Shown in pieces: positions 35,991 through 43,447 of a DNA stretch of 43,447 nucleotides. Location: IMG/VR virus record IMGVR_UViG_3300022744_000011, one strand, 5' to 3'. Below the pieces are notes generated by a model. It did not search any database and had not been told where the DNA came from. It worked only from the letters and a program-made list of their open reading frames with translations. The DNA comes from a virus. The stretch's first letter is position 1; every line of letters begins with the position of its first letter. A program made the translations under genes and the position numbers.

Positions 35991-36411
35991 CTATGTCTTG
36001 GCAAGAGATTGCCCAGAGTTACTCGACCACTTGCAGGACATTACAGATCAGTTCTTACTACGGCACCCCACTTATAGGCGGGGTCGAGTAGAGCACGAAC
36101 TGATGCTAACCCTGCGTGGCGCTCACCCAGATGTGCATGCTATCGTTGGAGACAACCGCTACCTAATGCTGTGCAGCATAGGTTACGGGTTTGCCAACGA
36201 AGACCTTGGACTCTATGAGCACTTCATCTACCACATCCCCGGCACCCCGCTGGGTATGCGCACAGCTATGAAGTCCATTGAGGAGTTCGCTACAGACAAC
36301 GGCTGCACCGCTATCGTAATAGGTACAGACTTCGGTGACGCAGACCGTGCTAAGCTACTAGGCCGCTTTGGTTACAAAGCATCTCATCAACATCTCACAA
36401 GGAAACTCTAA
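35974..36411 (+). CDS. hypothetical protein, weakly GNAT-like C-terminal half
   Basis: Frame of track ORF 35902..36411; first plausible ATG 35974; IYHIPGTPLGMRTAMKSIEEFATDNGCTAIVIGT...AKLLGRFGYK resembles a GNAT core; start uncertain. Confidence 0.4.
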   Translation: MSSVSNYVLARDCPELLDHLQDITDQFLLRHPTYRRGRVEHELMLTLRGAHPDVHAIVGDNRYLMLCSIGYGFANEDLGLYEHFIYHIPGTPLGMRTAMKSIEEFATDNGCTAIVIGTDFGDADRAKLLGRFGYKASHQHLTRKL

Positions 36412-36752
36412 TGGGTGGAACTATCGAGAAACTAACGTCAATGCCATTCAAGGCATTAGGCATTGATCCAGCGGGTGATGCCCAAGCCGCTGCTGACCGA
36501 CAGTCAGCAATCATCAAGGCATCGGCAGAAGCCCAAGCAGCACAGGCCCGTGAGACGGCACGTGGTGCAGCTATGCAGCAAGAGAATGCTGCGGCGCGTG
36601 CAAAGGTAGAGCAAGAAATTGCTGATGCTAAAGCACCGACAAGCGCTTCTGAGGTCGAGGTTGTAGCTGCAAAGCGCACCTCATCGACGGCACGTAAGCG
36701 TGCTGCTTATCAATCCACCGCTACTCCAGCGGGCAACCCTATTCGGATTTAA
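36411..36752 (+). CDS. small virion-associated protein (MGG...PIRI), paralog 1
   Basis: TAATG coupling; Ala/Gln-rich; position just upstream of the portal, as for small structural proteins of phiKMV-like phages. Confidence 0.55.
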   Translation: MGGTIEKLTSMPFKALGIDPAGDAQAAADRQSAIIKASAEAQAAQARETARGAAMQQENAAARAKVEQEIADAKAPTSASEVEVVAAKRTSSTARKRAAYQSTATPAGNPIRI

Positions 36753-36754
36753 TC

Positions 36755-37075
36755 ATGGGCGGTTCAGTTTCAAATTTGGTTAAGAAGGTAGCTAATCCCG
36801 TTGTGGACTTGGCTCAAAGTGTTGGCATCGTGTCAGCACCTCAGCAACAACAAGCGGCTCCTGCACCAACGCAGGTGGCAACTAACGAAGCGCAAGGTAC
36901 TGCCAGCGTGTCTGTTCAGCAGGGCAACCCCCAAGCTGCGGCAGGTGCACAGGGTGGTGACGCTGAGGTGAACGTGGGTACAGGGCGATTGAATCGCAAC
37001 GTAGCTAAGTCACGTCAGAACTTCCGCACTCCTCCTAGCAACACTGGAACTCCCGGTTCTAGTATTCGCATCTAA
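36755..37075 (+). CDS. small virion-associated protein (MGG...SIRI), paralog 2
   Basis: Same N-terminal MGG and C-terminal IRI as the preceding gene; Gln/Ala-rich. Confidence 0.55.
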   Translation: MGGSVSNLVKKVANPVVDLAQSVGIVSAPQQQQAAPAPTQVATNEAQGTASVSVQQGNPQAAAGAQGGDAEVNVGTGRLNRNVAKSRQNFRTPPSNTGTPGSSIRI

Positions 37076-37083
37076 AGGCCAAC

Positions 37084-38622
37084 ATGAAGAACACCGCATT
37101 AGGCGAGTGGCAGAAGCTGACTAGCTTGCGGCGGGGGTTCATCAACCGCTGCGAAAAGTACGCTGGCTTCACACTCCCACGTCTCTGCACTGAGGAAAAC
37201 TACAAGCAGGATAACGACGAGCTTGCACACGACTGGCAATCAGTTGGTGCACAAGCCGTCAATCACATTGTCAACAAACTGGTGCTTGCACTGTTTGCTC
37301 CCTCTCGTCCATTCTTCCGCTTAGAAGCTAAGCCAGACTGGAAGAAGAAGGCAGTAGCTCAGGGCATCCCTGAGGCTGACATTGATGAAGCACTTGCTAA
37401 GGGCGAACAAGAAGCCATCAAGGAACTTGATCGTCGTGGCACCGTGCGTCCTAAGCTGTACCAAACTTTGTCCAACCTCGTTGTGTTGGGCAATGCCCTC
37501 GTGTATCTCCCTCGCAAGAAGGAAGACGAGCTGCGTGTCTTTGGTGTGAAGTCCTACTGTGTGCGCCGCACTGCTGCTGGCAAAGTCAAGACCATCCTCA
37601 TCCGTGAGAAGGTCATGTACGACGAGCTTGAGCAGAAGGTGCAAGACTACCTTGTAGCACAGAAGACAAAGTGTAACCCTGAGACTGAGGTTGAGTTCTT
37701 CCAGTGGATTGAACGTCAACGTGACGGTAAGTACCGTATGTCACAGTGGGTTGACACTAAGCGTTTGCCATCTGAGTTCGACGGCTACTGGCCTGAGGAC
37801 AAGTTACCATACCGTGCCTTGACATGGCAGATCAGTGATGAAGCTGATTATGGCACGGGCTTGGTAGAGGACTACTCTGGCGACTTCGCTGCTCTGTCAG
37901 CCCTCAGTGAATCTCAGATCAAGGGTGCTATCCTGTCTTCTGAGTTCCGCTGGTTGGTCAACCCCGGTGGTGTGACTAAGCCTGAGGACTTGGAGGAAAG
38001 CGAGAACGGTGCAGCATTGCCCGGCCTCGAAGGTGACGTATCACTTATTGCGAACAGCAAGCCCGGTGATCTGCAAGTTGTGCAGGCCATCGCTAGTGAT
38101 TACATCCAGCGTATCGGTCGTGGCTTCTTGCTGAACAGCGCTGTCACTCGTGACGCTGAGCGCGTTACTGCCGAGGAGATTCGTCAGCAAGCCAATGAGC
38201 TTGAGACAAGTCTTGGTGGTACATACTCACGCATCGCTGTAGACTTCCAAGGCCCAGTCGCTGACTGGTTGTTGCAAGCTGTGTCTCTTGACCTGAGCAA
38301 AACTCAGATTGAGCGCACGATTGTTACTGGCTTGGATGCACTCTCACGTAGTGGTGACTTGGACGCTATGCGTTCTGCACTCGGTGACGTGGCGCAGATC
38401 GGTAGCCTTCCTCCACAAATCACAGGCCCACTCAAGTTGGACGTGATCTACTCCACAATCTTCCACGGTCATGGCCTTCCTGCCACCAAGTTTGTTAAGT
38501 CTGCACAAGAACAACAAGCTGAACAGGCACAGGTACAAGAACAGGCTCAGCAACAAATGATGACTGAGACTGCTGCACAGACCGCTGGCAACGTAATCAC
38601 ACAAGGAGCTAAAGCTCAATGA
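37084..38622 (+). CDS. portal (head-tail connector) protein
   Basis: 512 aa, immediately upstream of scaffold and capsid as in T7 gp8; Gln/Glu-rich C-terminus. Confidence 0.8.
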   Translation: MKNTALGEWQKLTSLRRGFINRCEKYAGFTLPRLCTEENYKQDNDELAHDWQSVGAQAVNHIVNKLVLALFAPSRPFFRLEAKPDWKKKAVAQGIPEADIDEALAKGEQEAIKELDRRGTVRPKLYQTLSNLVVLGNALVYLPRKKEDELRVFGVKSYCVRRTAAGKVKTILIREKVMYDELEQKVQDYLVAQKTKCNPETEVEFFQWIERQRDGKYRMSQWVDTKRLPSEFDGYWPEDKLPYRALTWQISDEADYGTGLVEDYSGDFAALSALSESQIKGAILSSEFRWLVNPGGVTKPEDLEESENGAALPGLEGDVSLIANSKPGDLQVVQAIASDYIQRIGRGFLLNSAVTRDAERVTAEEIRQQANELETSLGGTYSRIAVDFQGPVADWLLQAVSLDLSKTQIERTIVTGLDALSRSGDLDAMRSALGDVAQIGSLPPQITGPLKLDVIYSTIFHGHGLPATKFVKSAQEQQAEQAQVQEQAQQQMMTETAAQTAGNVITQGAKAQ

Positions 38623-39392
38623 CAGATGAAGTAACACAAGCCGCAGCCCCGGCTGCACCCGCAGCGCCTGCTGCACCTGCCGCTCCGGTAGTTGTCCCAG
38701 CCGCTCCGGTAGTTACTGTTGCCGCCGTAGCCGCTGAACCCGCAGCTCCTGCTGCTGAGGCCACAGTGCCAGTCACTTACGAGAAGACAGGCGATGTAGG
38801 CTTAGACTACGCATTGAACTTTGTGGGCAACTTGGGCTTCGGCCCTGAGCACGCAGCGGTACAAGCCGCTATGTCTGGCGACTTCACCCTCATCCAAGCA
38901 CAGCTTGCGACCATGGGTGCAAAGGCTGCTGGCTACCAAGACGTGATTGCATTGGCTGAACAAGCCTACCAGAACACGGTGGCTAAGCACGAAGCAAATG
39001 AAAAGGCTCTCGGTCAACTGGCAATACAAGCTGCTGGTGGCGAAGAACGCTGGGCGCAAGTCCAAGCGTGGGCAAGTGCAAACGCTGATCCACAAGAGAA
39101 GCAAACCATCAATGCAGCGCTTGCTGCTGGTGGCGCACAAGCTAAGATGGCCCTGAACTATTTGGTGCAGTGCTACAACAAGAGTGCAGGCAGTGTGCAG
39201 GAACCCGCTTCGGTGGTGGCTCCTAATGCTGCCCGCGCTGGTGGTTCAGGTAATGCACCACTTACTGCTAAGGCCTATGCAGCAGCAGTACAGGAACTTT
39301 CCCGTGCCGCTGGTGGCCGCGACATTGCTGACACTCCAGCCTACAAGGCTTTGCAGGCACAACGTCTGGCAGCGAAGCGCTCTGGCTATTGA
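38619..39392 (+). CDS. scaffolding protein
   Basis: GGAG RBS, ATGA coupling to the portal; Ala/Pro repeat N-terminus (AAPAAPAAPAAP, 14-nt direct repeat CCGCTCCGGTAGTT at 38680 and 38701), helical Ala/Gln-rich body; position between portal and capsid. Confidence 0.75.
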   Translation: MTDEVTQAAAPAAPAAPAAPAAPVVVPAAPVVTVAAVAAEPAAPAAEATVPVTYEKTGDVGLDYALNFVGNLGFGPEHAAVQAAMSGDFTLIQAQLATMGAKAAGYQDVIALAEQAYQNTVAKHEANEKALGQLAIQAAGGEERWAQVQAWASANADPQEKQTINAALAAGGAQAKMALNYLVQCYNKSAGSVQEPASVVAPNAARAGGSGNAPLTAKAYAAAVQELSRAAGGRDIADTPAYKALQAQRLAAKRSGY

Positions 39393-39405
39393 TCCATATA
39401 ACGAG
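39393..39405 (+). promoter_or_regulatory. candidate phage-RNAP promoter core (TCCATATAACGAG)
   Basis: Begins directly after the scaffold TGA; intergenic, about 100 nt upstream of the major capsid gene. Confidence 0.5.
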
Positions 39406-39501
39406 AACCTAACCGCTGCATGCGGCGGGCCTCGTTTCTCTAACAACACCCGCTCCGCACCTTTGCGCACCCCAGCGGGTTACTTTTAAATAGGAGCCCA
39501 C

Positions 39502-40518
39502 ATGGCTTTAGATGATGTCTTTAATGTAACCTTCCCCAATGCTATCAACGGCGTTGACTCCACTCAAGCCGAGAAGCTGGCGCTTGTCATTGAAGAATTT
39601 ACAGGCATGGTTGAAGGCACCATTGCACGCCGCTCGGTGTTGCAAGGTGTTGTGCCTGTCCGTACCGTGAAGGGTACTGCTACCTTCACAAACCACGCAG
39701 TTGGTAAATCGACCTTGCAGAAGGTTGTGCCCGGCCAACAACTCGACGGTATCAAGTCTGACTTCTCCAAGAACTCGGTGACTGTTGATACAGTGGTTGC
39801 AGCCCGCGAATCGTTCCCTCTGTTGGACGTGTTCCAAACTCAGATCGACGTGCGCCGTGAAGTCGCTACCGAACAAGGCAAAGAGATTGCTAAGTTCTGG
39901 GATCAAGCGTTCTTCATCCAAGCTGTTAAGGCTGCATTGTTGACTCAATCCACCTTCTCTAAGGGCACCTCTGGCAAACCTTCTGGTCACTTCGGTGGCA
40001 ACCAAGAAGTGTTGTCTTCTGCCTTGGACTTGAAAGACCCAGCTAAGTTGTACGCAGCTTTGGCTCGCTTGATGGTCAAGTTCGAGAACAAAGACGTTGA
40101 CCCACGCAATGATGACGTGATGATCGTTGTGAAGCCTGAGGAGTATTACACTCTGATCCAAGCTGAGCAGTTGGTCAACACTGAGTACGTCACTGCTTCT
40201 GGCAACAAAGTGAATGATGCTTGGGTGTTGAAGACCTATGGCGTGCCTGTGTTCAGCTCGAACAACTTGCCCGCTGGTTTGAACATCACCGGCCACCACT
40301 TGTCCAACGCTGGCAACGGCAATGCTTATGACGGCGACTTCTCGAAGTTGGGTGTCTTGGCATTCAGCCCTCGTGCCATCATGGGCGGTGAGACAATCCC
40401 ATTGACCACTGACGTGTTCTACGACAAGCTGTACAAGTCTTGGTTCGTGGATTCGCACTTGGCCTTTGCTGTCGGCCCTAACCGTGCTGAATACGCTGGC
40501 GCTTTGATGCTGCCGTAA
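39502..40518 (+). CDS. major capsid protein
   Basis: AGGAG RBS; 338 aa; after the scaffold and followed by a strong terminator, as for T7 gene 10. Confidence 0.85.
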   Translation: MALDDVFNVTFPNAINGVDSTQAEKLALVIEEFTGMVEGTIARRSVLQGVVPVRTVKGTATFTNHAVGKSTLQKVVPGQQLDGIKSDFSKNSVTVDTVVAARESFPLLDVFQTQIDVRREVATEQGKEIAKFWDQAFFIQAVKAALLTQSTFSKGTSGKPSGHFGGNQEVLSSALDLKDPAKLYAALARLMVKFENKDVDPRNDDVMIVVKPEEYYTLIQAEQLVNTEYVTASGNKVNDAWVLKTYGVPVFSSNNLPAGLNITGHHLSNAGNGNAYDGDFSKLGVLAFSPRAIMGGETIPLTTDVFYDKLYKSWFVDSHLAFAVGPNRAEYAGALMLP

Positions 40519-40542
40519 GCACCTCTGGCCTAGCCACAAATA

Positions 40543-40572
40543 CCCCCATCGTTCATTCGGTGGGGGTTTTTT
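40543..40572 (+). terminator. rho-independent terminator after the capsid gene
   Basis: CCCCCATCG (40543-40551) / loop TTCATT / CGGTGGGGG (40558-40566, one G-U pair) followed by TTTTTT (40567-40572). Confidence 0.8.
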
Positions 40573-40588
40573 GCTTTTGGAGAAAATT

Positions 40589-41194
40589 TTGATTACAACT
40601 CTCAGTATCGTGAACGAGATGCTAGGCCTGCTTGGTGAACTTCCAGTCAACGACCTTGATGCTTTTCATCCCGTAGTGCCCCGCGCACTGTCCTCTATTG
40701 ATACCGCTCAGTCCAGCATCCAAGCTGACCAGTGGTGGTTCAACGTAGAGACACCTACCCTCATTCCTCAAGTTGGTAACAAGGAAATCTTGTTGCCCTC
40801 AGATTGCCTCGCAGTAGATTCCCTTACGGCATCACCCAACGTGTCGATGCGTAACGGCAAACTCTACAACAACGACGATAGCACCTATCAGTTCGATGAC
40901 CAAGTGCCCGTGCGTATGCACCGCTTGGTTGCCTTCGATGAGCTACCCATGTCAGCCCGCGCCTACATTGGTGCTGAGGCATTGATCCAGTTTCAGACCT
41001 CTATCGACGGTGATGAGACTAAGACCCGCCTGCTAACTGATCGCCGTCAACGTGCATTCGTTGTGTTCAACGCAGAGCACATTCGTCGCAAGAAGTCTAA
41101 CATGCTTGCACGCCCCGGTGTTGCAGCGACCTTGGCAAACATCATTGGCTACCGCCGTCCGTACATGGGTGGTCGTCGTGCACGCTACCGTTAA
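40589..41194 (+). CDS. tail tubular protein A
   Basis: GGAG 40579-40582, 6-nt spacer, TTG 40589; N-terminus LSIVNEMLGLLGELPVNDLD...IQADQWWFN parallels the T7 gp11 N-terminal pattern; start codon choice uncertain (TTG 40571/40577/40589). Confidence 0.75.
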   Translation: MITTLSIVNEMLGLLGELPVNDLDAFHPVVPRALSSIDTAQSSIQADQWWFNVETPTLIPQVGNKEILLPSDCLAVDSLTASPNVSMRNGKLYNNDDSTYQFDDQVPVRMHRLVAFDELPMSARAYIGAEALIQFQTSIDGDETKTRLLTDRRQRAFVVFNAEHIRRKKSNMLARPGVAATLANIIGYRRPYMGGRRARYR

Positions 41195-41203
41195 GGAGAC
41201 ATT

Positions 41204-43447
41204 ATGAAAGTTAGCGGTTCCTACGCTACGGTACACCGTGGTGTAAGCCAGCAAATCCCTGAGGCCCGCTTAGATGGGCAGCACGGTGAGCAAGTCAACA
41301 TGCTCTCTGACCCCGTGGCAGGCCTAGCCCGCCGCCGTGGTACGGACAACCTGATTGACATTCCGATCCTCACGAATCCAAACGCGAGCGACAAGTCTGA
41401 CCTGCGCAGCTTCATTACCCGTGGCTTCAAAATCAGCACGACTGAGTATGACCTGCTGTACCGTAAGTCAGCACGCCCCTCAGGCTCGTCCACAGCCCCG
41501 CTGTACTGCTTTAATAAGGCAACCAATACCAACGTACCAGTTGAGTACGATAGCGCCGATACGGACGTTCTGAGCATTCTGCACGGGGGTGTCTCCGGCG
41601 TGGCCCAGATTGGCCGCATCATGGTGATCGCGGGCAAGACGCACACTCCAGCGGGTGCGAGCACGGACGTGTATGGCGTGGTGGCTAACCGCCGCTATGG
41701 TTCGATCTGGGTCAAGGGCGGGGCATACTCACGCACGTACACAGTCGTGATTACACGCAATGGCACAATCACAACCATCGCGTACACGACACCTAGCAGT
41801 TCTTACCAAGGCACGCTGGTTACATCCGACATTCCCTCAACCGCTACTGATTACCAGAAGCAGGTGAATGATCGCGTCAACGCATACAACTCCGCAGTAA
41901 CTGCATGGATTGGTTCGGCTGCTGCCGCTACCCAACCTCAGGCCGTTGCTGAACAGCTCCGCACATTGATCGCAGCACAAGGCATCACAGTTACTCGCAG
42001 TGGTAGCCACTTGTTTATTGACGATGCTACCTTGACTGGTATCACGGTGAACGACAACGGTGATGGTACCTTCTTGCGTGCTGCTCACCAAACTGTAGTC
42101 GAGGCCTCACAGCTTACCAACATGCACTACGTTGGGAAAGTAATCAAGGTGCAGGCTAAGGACAATGACCCTGCCTACTTCTTGAAGGCTGTGCCTCGCG
42201 TCCCCGGTACCACAGGTTACACTGAGGTGGTGTGGGAAGAAGCGGCCTCACATAGCTTTACACCCGGTGTCTGGTTTGCTGTCGGTACGGTAGAGGGCGA
42301 GCACTTCTATGTTGCAAGTACACCCGCTAAGCTGCGCACGCTCGTGCCCACGTTGGCTATCCCAGACTTGGGTGGCCGCAGCGTAGGTGACTTGGATTCA
42401 AACCGCGCACCGTACTTCATCAACAACCCTATTACCTACGTTGGTAACTTCCAAGATCGCTTGGTGATTGGTAGTGGCTCTGTCATTACCATGAGTGAGG
42501 TTGGTGAATACTTCAACTTCTTCCGCACATCGGTGCTGACTGTGGTTGACACTGACCCTGTTGAGGTGTTCTCGACTGGTGCTGAGAACGACATTATCCG
42601 CAACTCCGTGTTGTTTGACAAGTCGCTGCTCCTATTCGGTGACAAGGCACAGTACAGTATCTCAGGCCGCAACCCAGTTACGCCTGCTACTATCTCTGTG
42701 ATTCAGTCCAGCTCACATGAGGACACTACCACTGCGGAGCCTGTAGCTTCCGGTGACTTGGTGTTCTACATGAAAGAGCGCGAGGGCGTATCGCAAGTGT
42801 ACCAGCTCACCATTGGTGATGTGTCAGACACGAGTAACAGCTCGGAACTTACACAGCAGTTGTACGATTACATTCCCGGTACGCCGTTGGAGTTTATCGC
42901 TACGACTTCACCGAACATGCTGTTGGCCCGTACCAACGATAGCTACAACAAGATTTACACCTTCCGCTACATTGACTCACTAGGTGGCCGCGAGCGGCTG
43001 CTTGACTCATGGAGTCGTTGGGAGTTTGATGAGATGCTTGGCGACCTTATTGGTTTCAGCGTCTACCGTGGACAGGTGCTGTTGTACTGGGCACGCACAG
43101 CCGTGGATGCTAGTGGTGTCACTCGCACATGGTTAAGCGTGGATCGTGCTTCGTTGCTCCCAAAGCTAGACACTAAGCCGTACCTCGACTCTGCACGTCC
43201 ATATAGCGCCGTCATTGGTGGTAGCGCTAACCGTTCATGGCACTTGGGTACACCTGTGCACACTGCCTACAAGAAGGGCACCTCTGCGTATTTGCAGGGC
43301 GATGCAGTTCTTGCTAACGTGCCGTCGATGATGAGTGAGTTCCCAACTGTACCATCTAGCGACCTTGTGTGTGGCGCACCGTTCACCTCGTATATCGAGA
43401 TGACCAACCCGTTCATGCGTGATGGCAAGGGTAACGTGGTGGTGACT
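41204..43447 (+). CDS. tail tubular protein B, N-terminal part (runs off the window end, continues at 128..421)
   Basis: AAGGAG RBS; MKVSGSYATVHRGVSQQIPEARLDGQHGEQVNMLSDPVAGLARRRG matches the conserved T7 gp12-type N-terminus; full length 845 aa after circular joining. Confidence 0.85.
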   Translation, partial: MKVSGSYATVHRGVSQQIPEARLDGQHGEQVNMLSDPVAGLARRRGTDNLIDIPILTNPNASDKSDLRSFITRGFKISTTEYDLLYRKSARPSGSSTAPLYCFNKATNTNVPVEYDSADTDVLSILHGGVSGVAQIGRIMVIAGKTHTPAGASTDVYGVVANRRYGSIWVKGGAYSRTYTVVITRNGTITTIAYTTPSSSYQGTLVTSDIPSTATDYQKQVNDRVNAYNSAVTAWIGSAAAATQPQAVAEQLRTLIAAQGITVTRSGSHLFIDDATLTGITVNDNGDGTFLRAAHQTVVEASQLTNMHYVGKVIKVQAKDNDPAYFLKAVPRVPGTTGYTEVVWEEAASHSFTPGVWFAVGTVEGEHFYVASTPAKLRTLVPTLAIPDLGGRSVGDLDSNRAPYFINNPITYVGNFQDRLVIGSGSVITMSEVGEYFNFFRTSVLTVVDTDPVEVFSTGAENDIIRNSVLFDKSLLLFGDKAQYSISGRNPVTPATISVIQSSSHEDTTTAEPVASGDLVFYMKEREGVSQVYQLTIGDVSDTSNSSELTQQLYDYIPGTPLEFIATTSPNMLLARTNDSYNKIYTFRYIDSLGGRERLLDSWSRWEFDEMLGDLIGFSVYRGQVLLYWARTAVDASGVTRTWLSVDRASLLPKLDTKPYLDSARPYSAVIGGSANRSWHLGTPVHTAYKKGTSAYLQGDAVLANVPSMMSEFPTVPSSDLVCGAPFTSYIEMTNPFMRDGKGNVVVT
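43198..43210 (+). promoter_or_regulatory. candidate phage-RNAP promoter core (TCCATATAGCGCC)
   Basis: Copy of the recurrent motif inside the 3' part of tail tubular B, upstream of the internal virion genes. Confidence 0.35.
43321..43447. repeat. exact 127-nt copy of the window start (1..127)
   Basis: Direct comparison, 127/127 identical. Confidence 0.95.

Noticed and set aside
40441-40590. Possible T7-style -1 frameshift extension of the major capsid protein (10A/10B analogue).
   Set aside because: The -1 frame has stops at about 40476-40490, so it is open only for the last roughly 28 nt of the gene. I see no X-XXY-YYZ slippery heptamer there. The downstream sequence is occupied by the terminator hairpin.
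39508-40650. 380-aa ORF on the - strand antisense to the major capsid gene. There are similar long antisense ORFs at 28238..28981, 23426..24094 and 3552..4316.
   Set aside because: They lie fully inside well-supported + strand genes, have no RBS and give low-complexity or Cys/His/Val-rich translations. They fit open antisense frames produced by the codon bias of the sense gene.
1-43447. Search for tRNA genes, CRISPR arrays, integrase or repressor (lysogeny) genes and transposases.
   Set aside because: I saw no T-loop or cloverleaf-like segments, no spaced identical repeats of CRISPR type, and no recombinase or repressor motifs. The genome looks strictly lytic. A tRNA or ncRNA scan would be needed to be definitive.

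Overview
The window holds one complete, circularly closed phage genome of 43,320 bp. Positions 1-127 are repeated exactly at 43321-43447. It is a T7-supergroup (Autographiviridae-like) podophage, and every gene I can support is on the + strand, many joined by overlapping stop/start codons (ATGA, TAATG, GTGA, TTGA). The module order is phiKMV-like.

Gene order, starting inside the tail tubular B gene where the window opens:
- Three internal virion (ejection) proteins.
- A T7 gp17-type fiber adaptor, followed by two RCC1-repeat propeller proteins.
- A holin-like membrane protein, then small and large terminase.
- An Ig-like-domain protein, a SAR endolysin, a GNAT-like protein, and overlapping Rz/Rz1 spanins.
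- A 1.6-kb gene-free region (16688-18276). It carries unusual low-complexity DNA, probably the physical genome ends, and an array of six host-type extended -10 promoters.
- About 16 small early genes.
- The replication module: primase, DnaB-like helicase, family A DNA polymerase, 5'-3' exonuclease, endonuclease VII, DnaQ-like exonuclease and ATP-dependent ligase.
- A single-subunit T7-like RNA polymerase placed just before the structural genes.
- Portal, scaffold, major capsid with a strong terminator, and tail tubular A and B.

I found no tRNA, CRISPR array, integrase or transposase.

All product names come from motif recognition by eye and from gene order. No database search was run. The items most worth following up are:
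- The gene-free region with an alternating purine-pyrimidine run and a T-depleted CA tract.
- A recurrent + strand motif, TCCATATA(A/G)CGCA, that looks like the phage RNA polymerase promoter.
- The two RCC1-propeller receptor-binding proteins.
- A GNAT-like gene inside the lysis cassette.
- Several small ORFs missing from the 60-aa ORF track.
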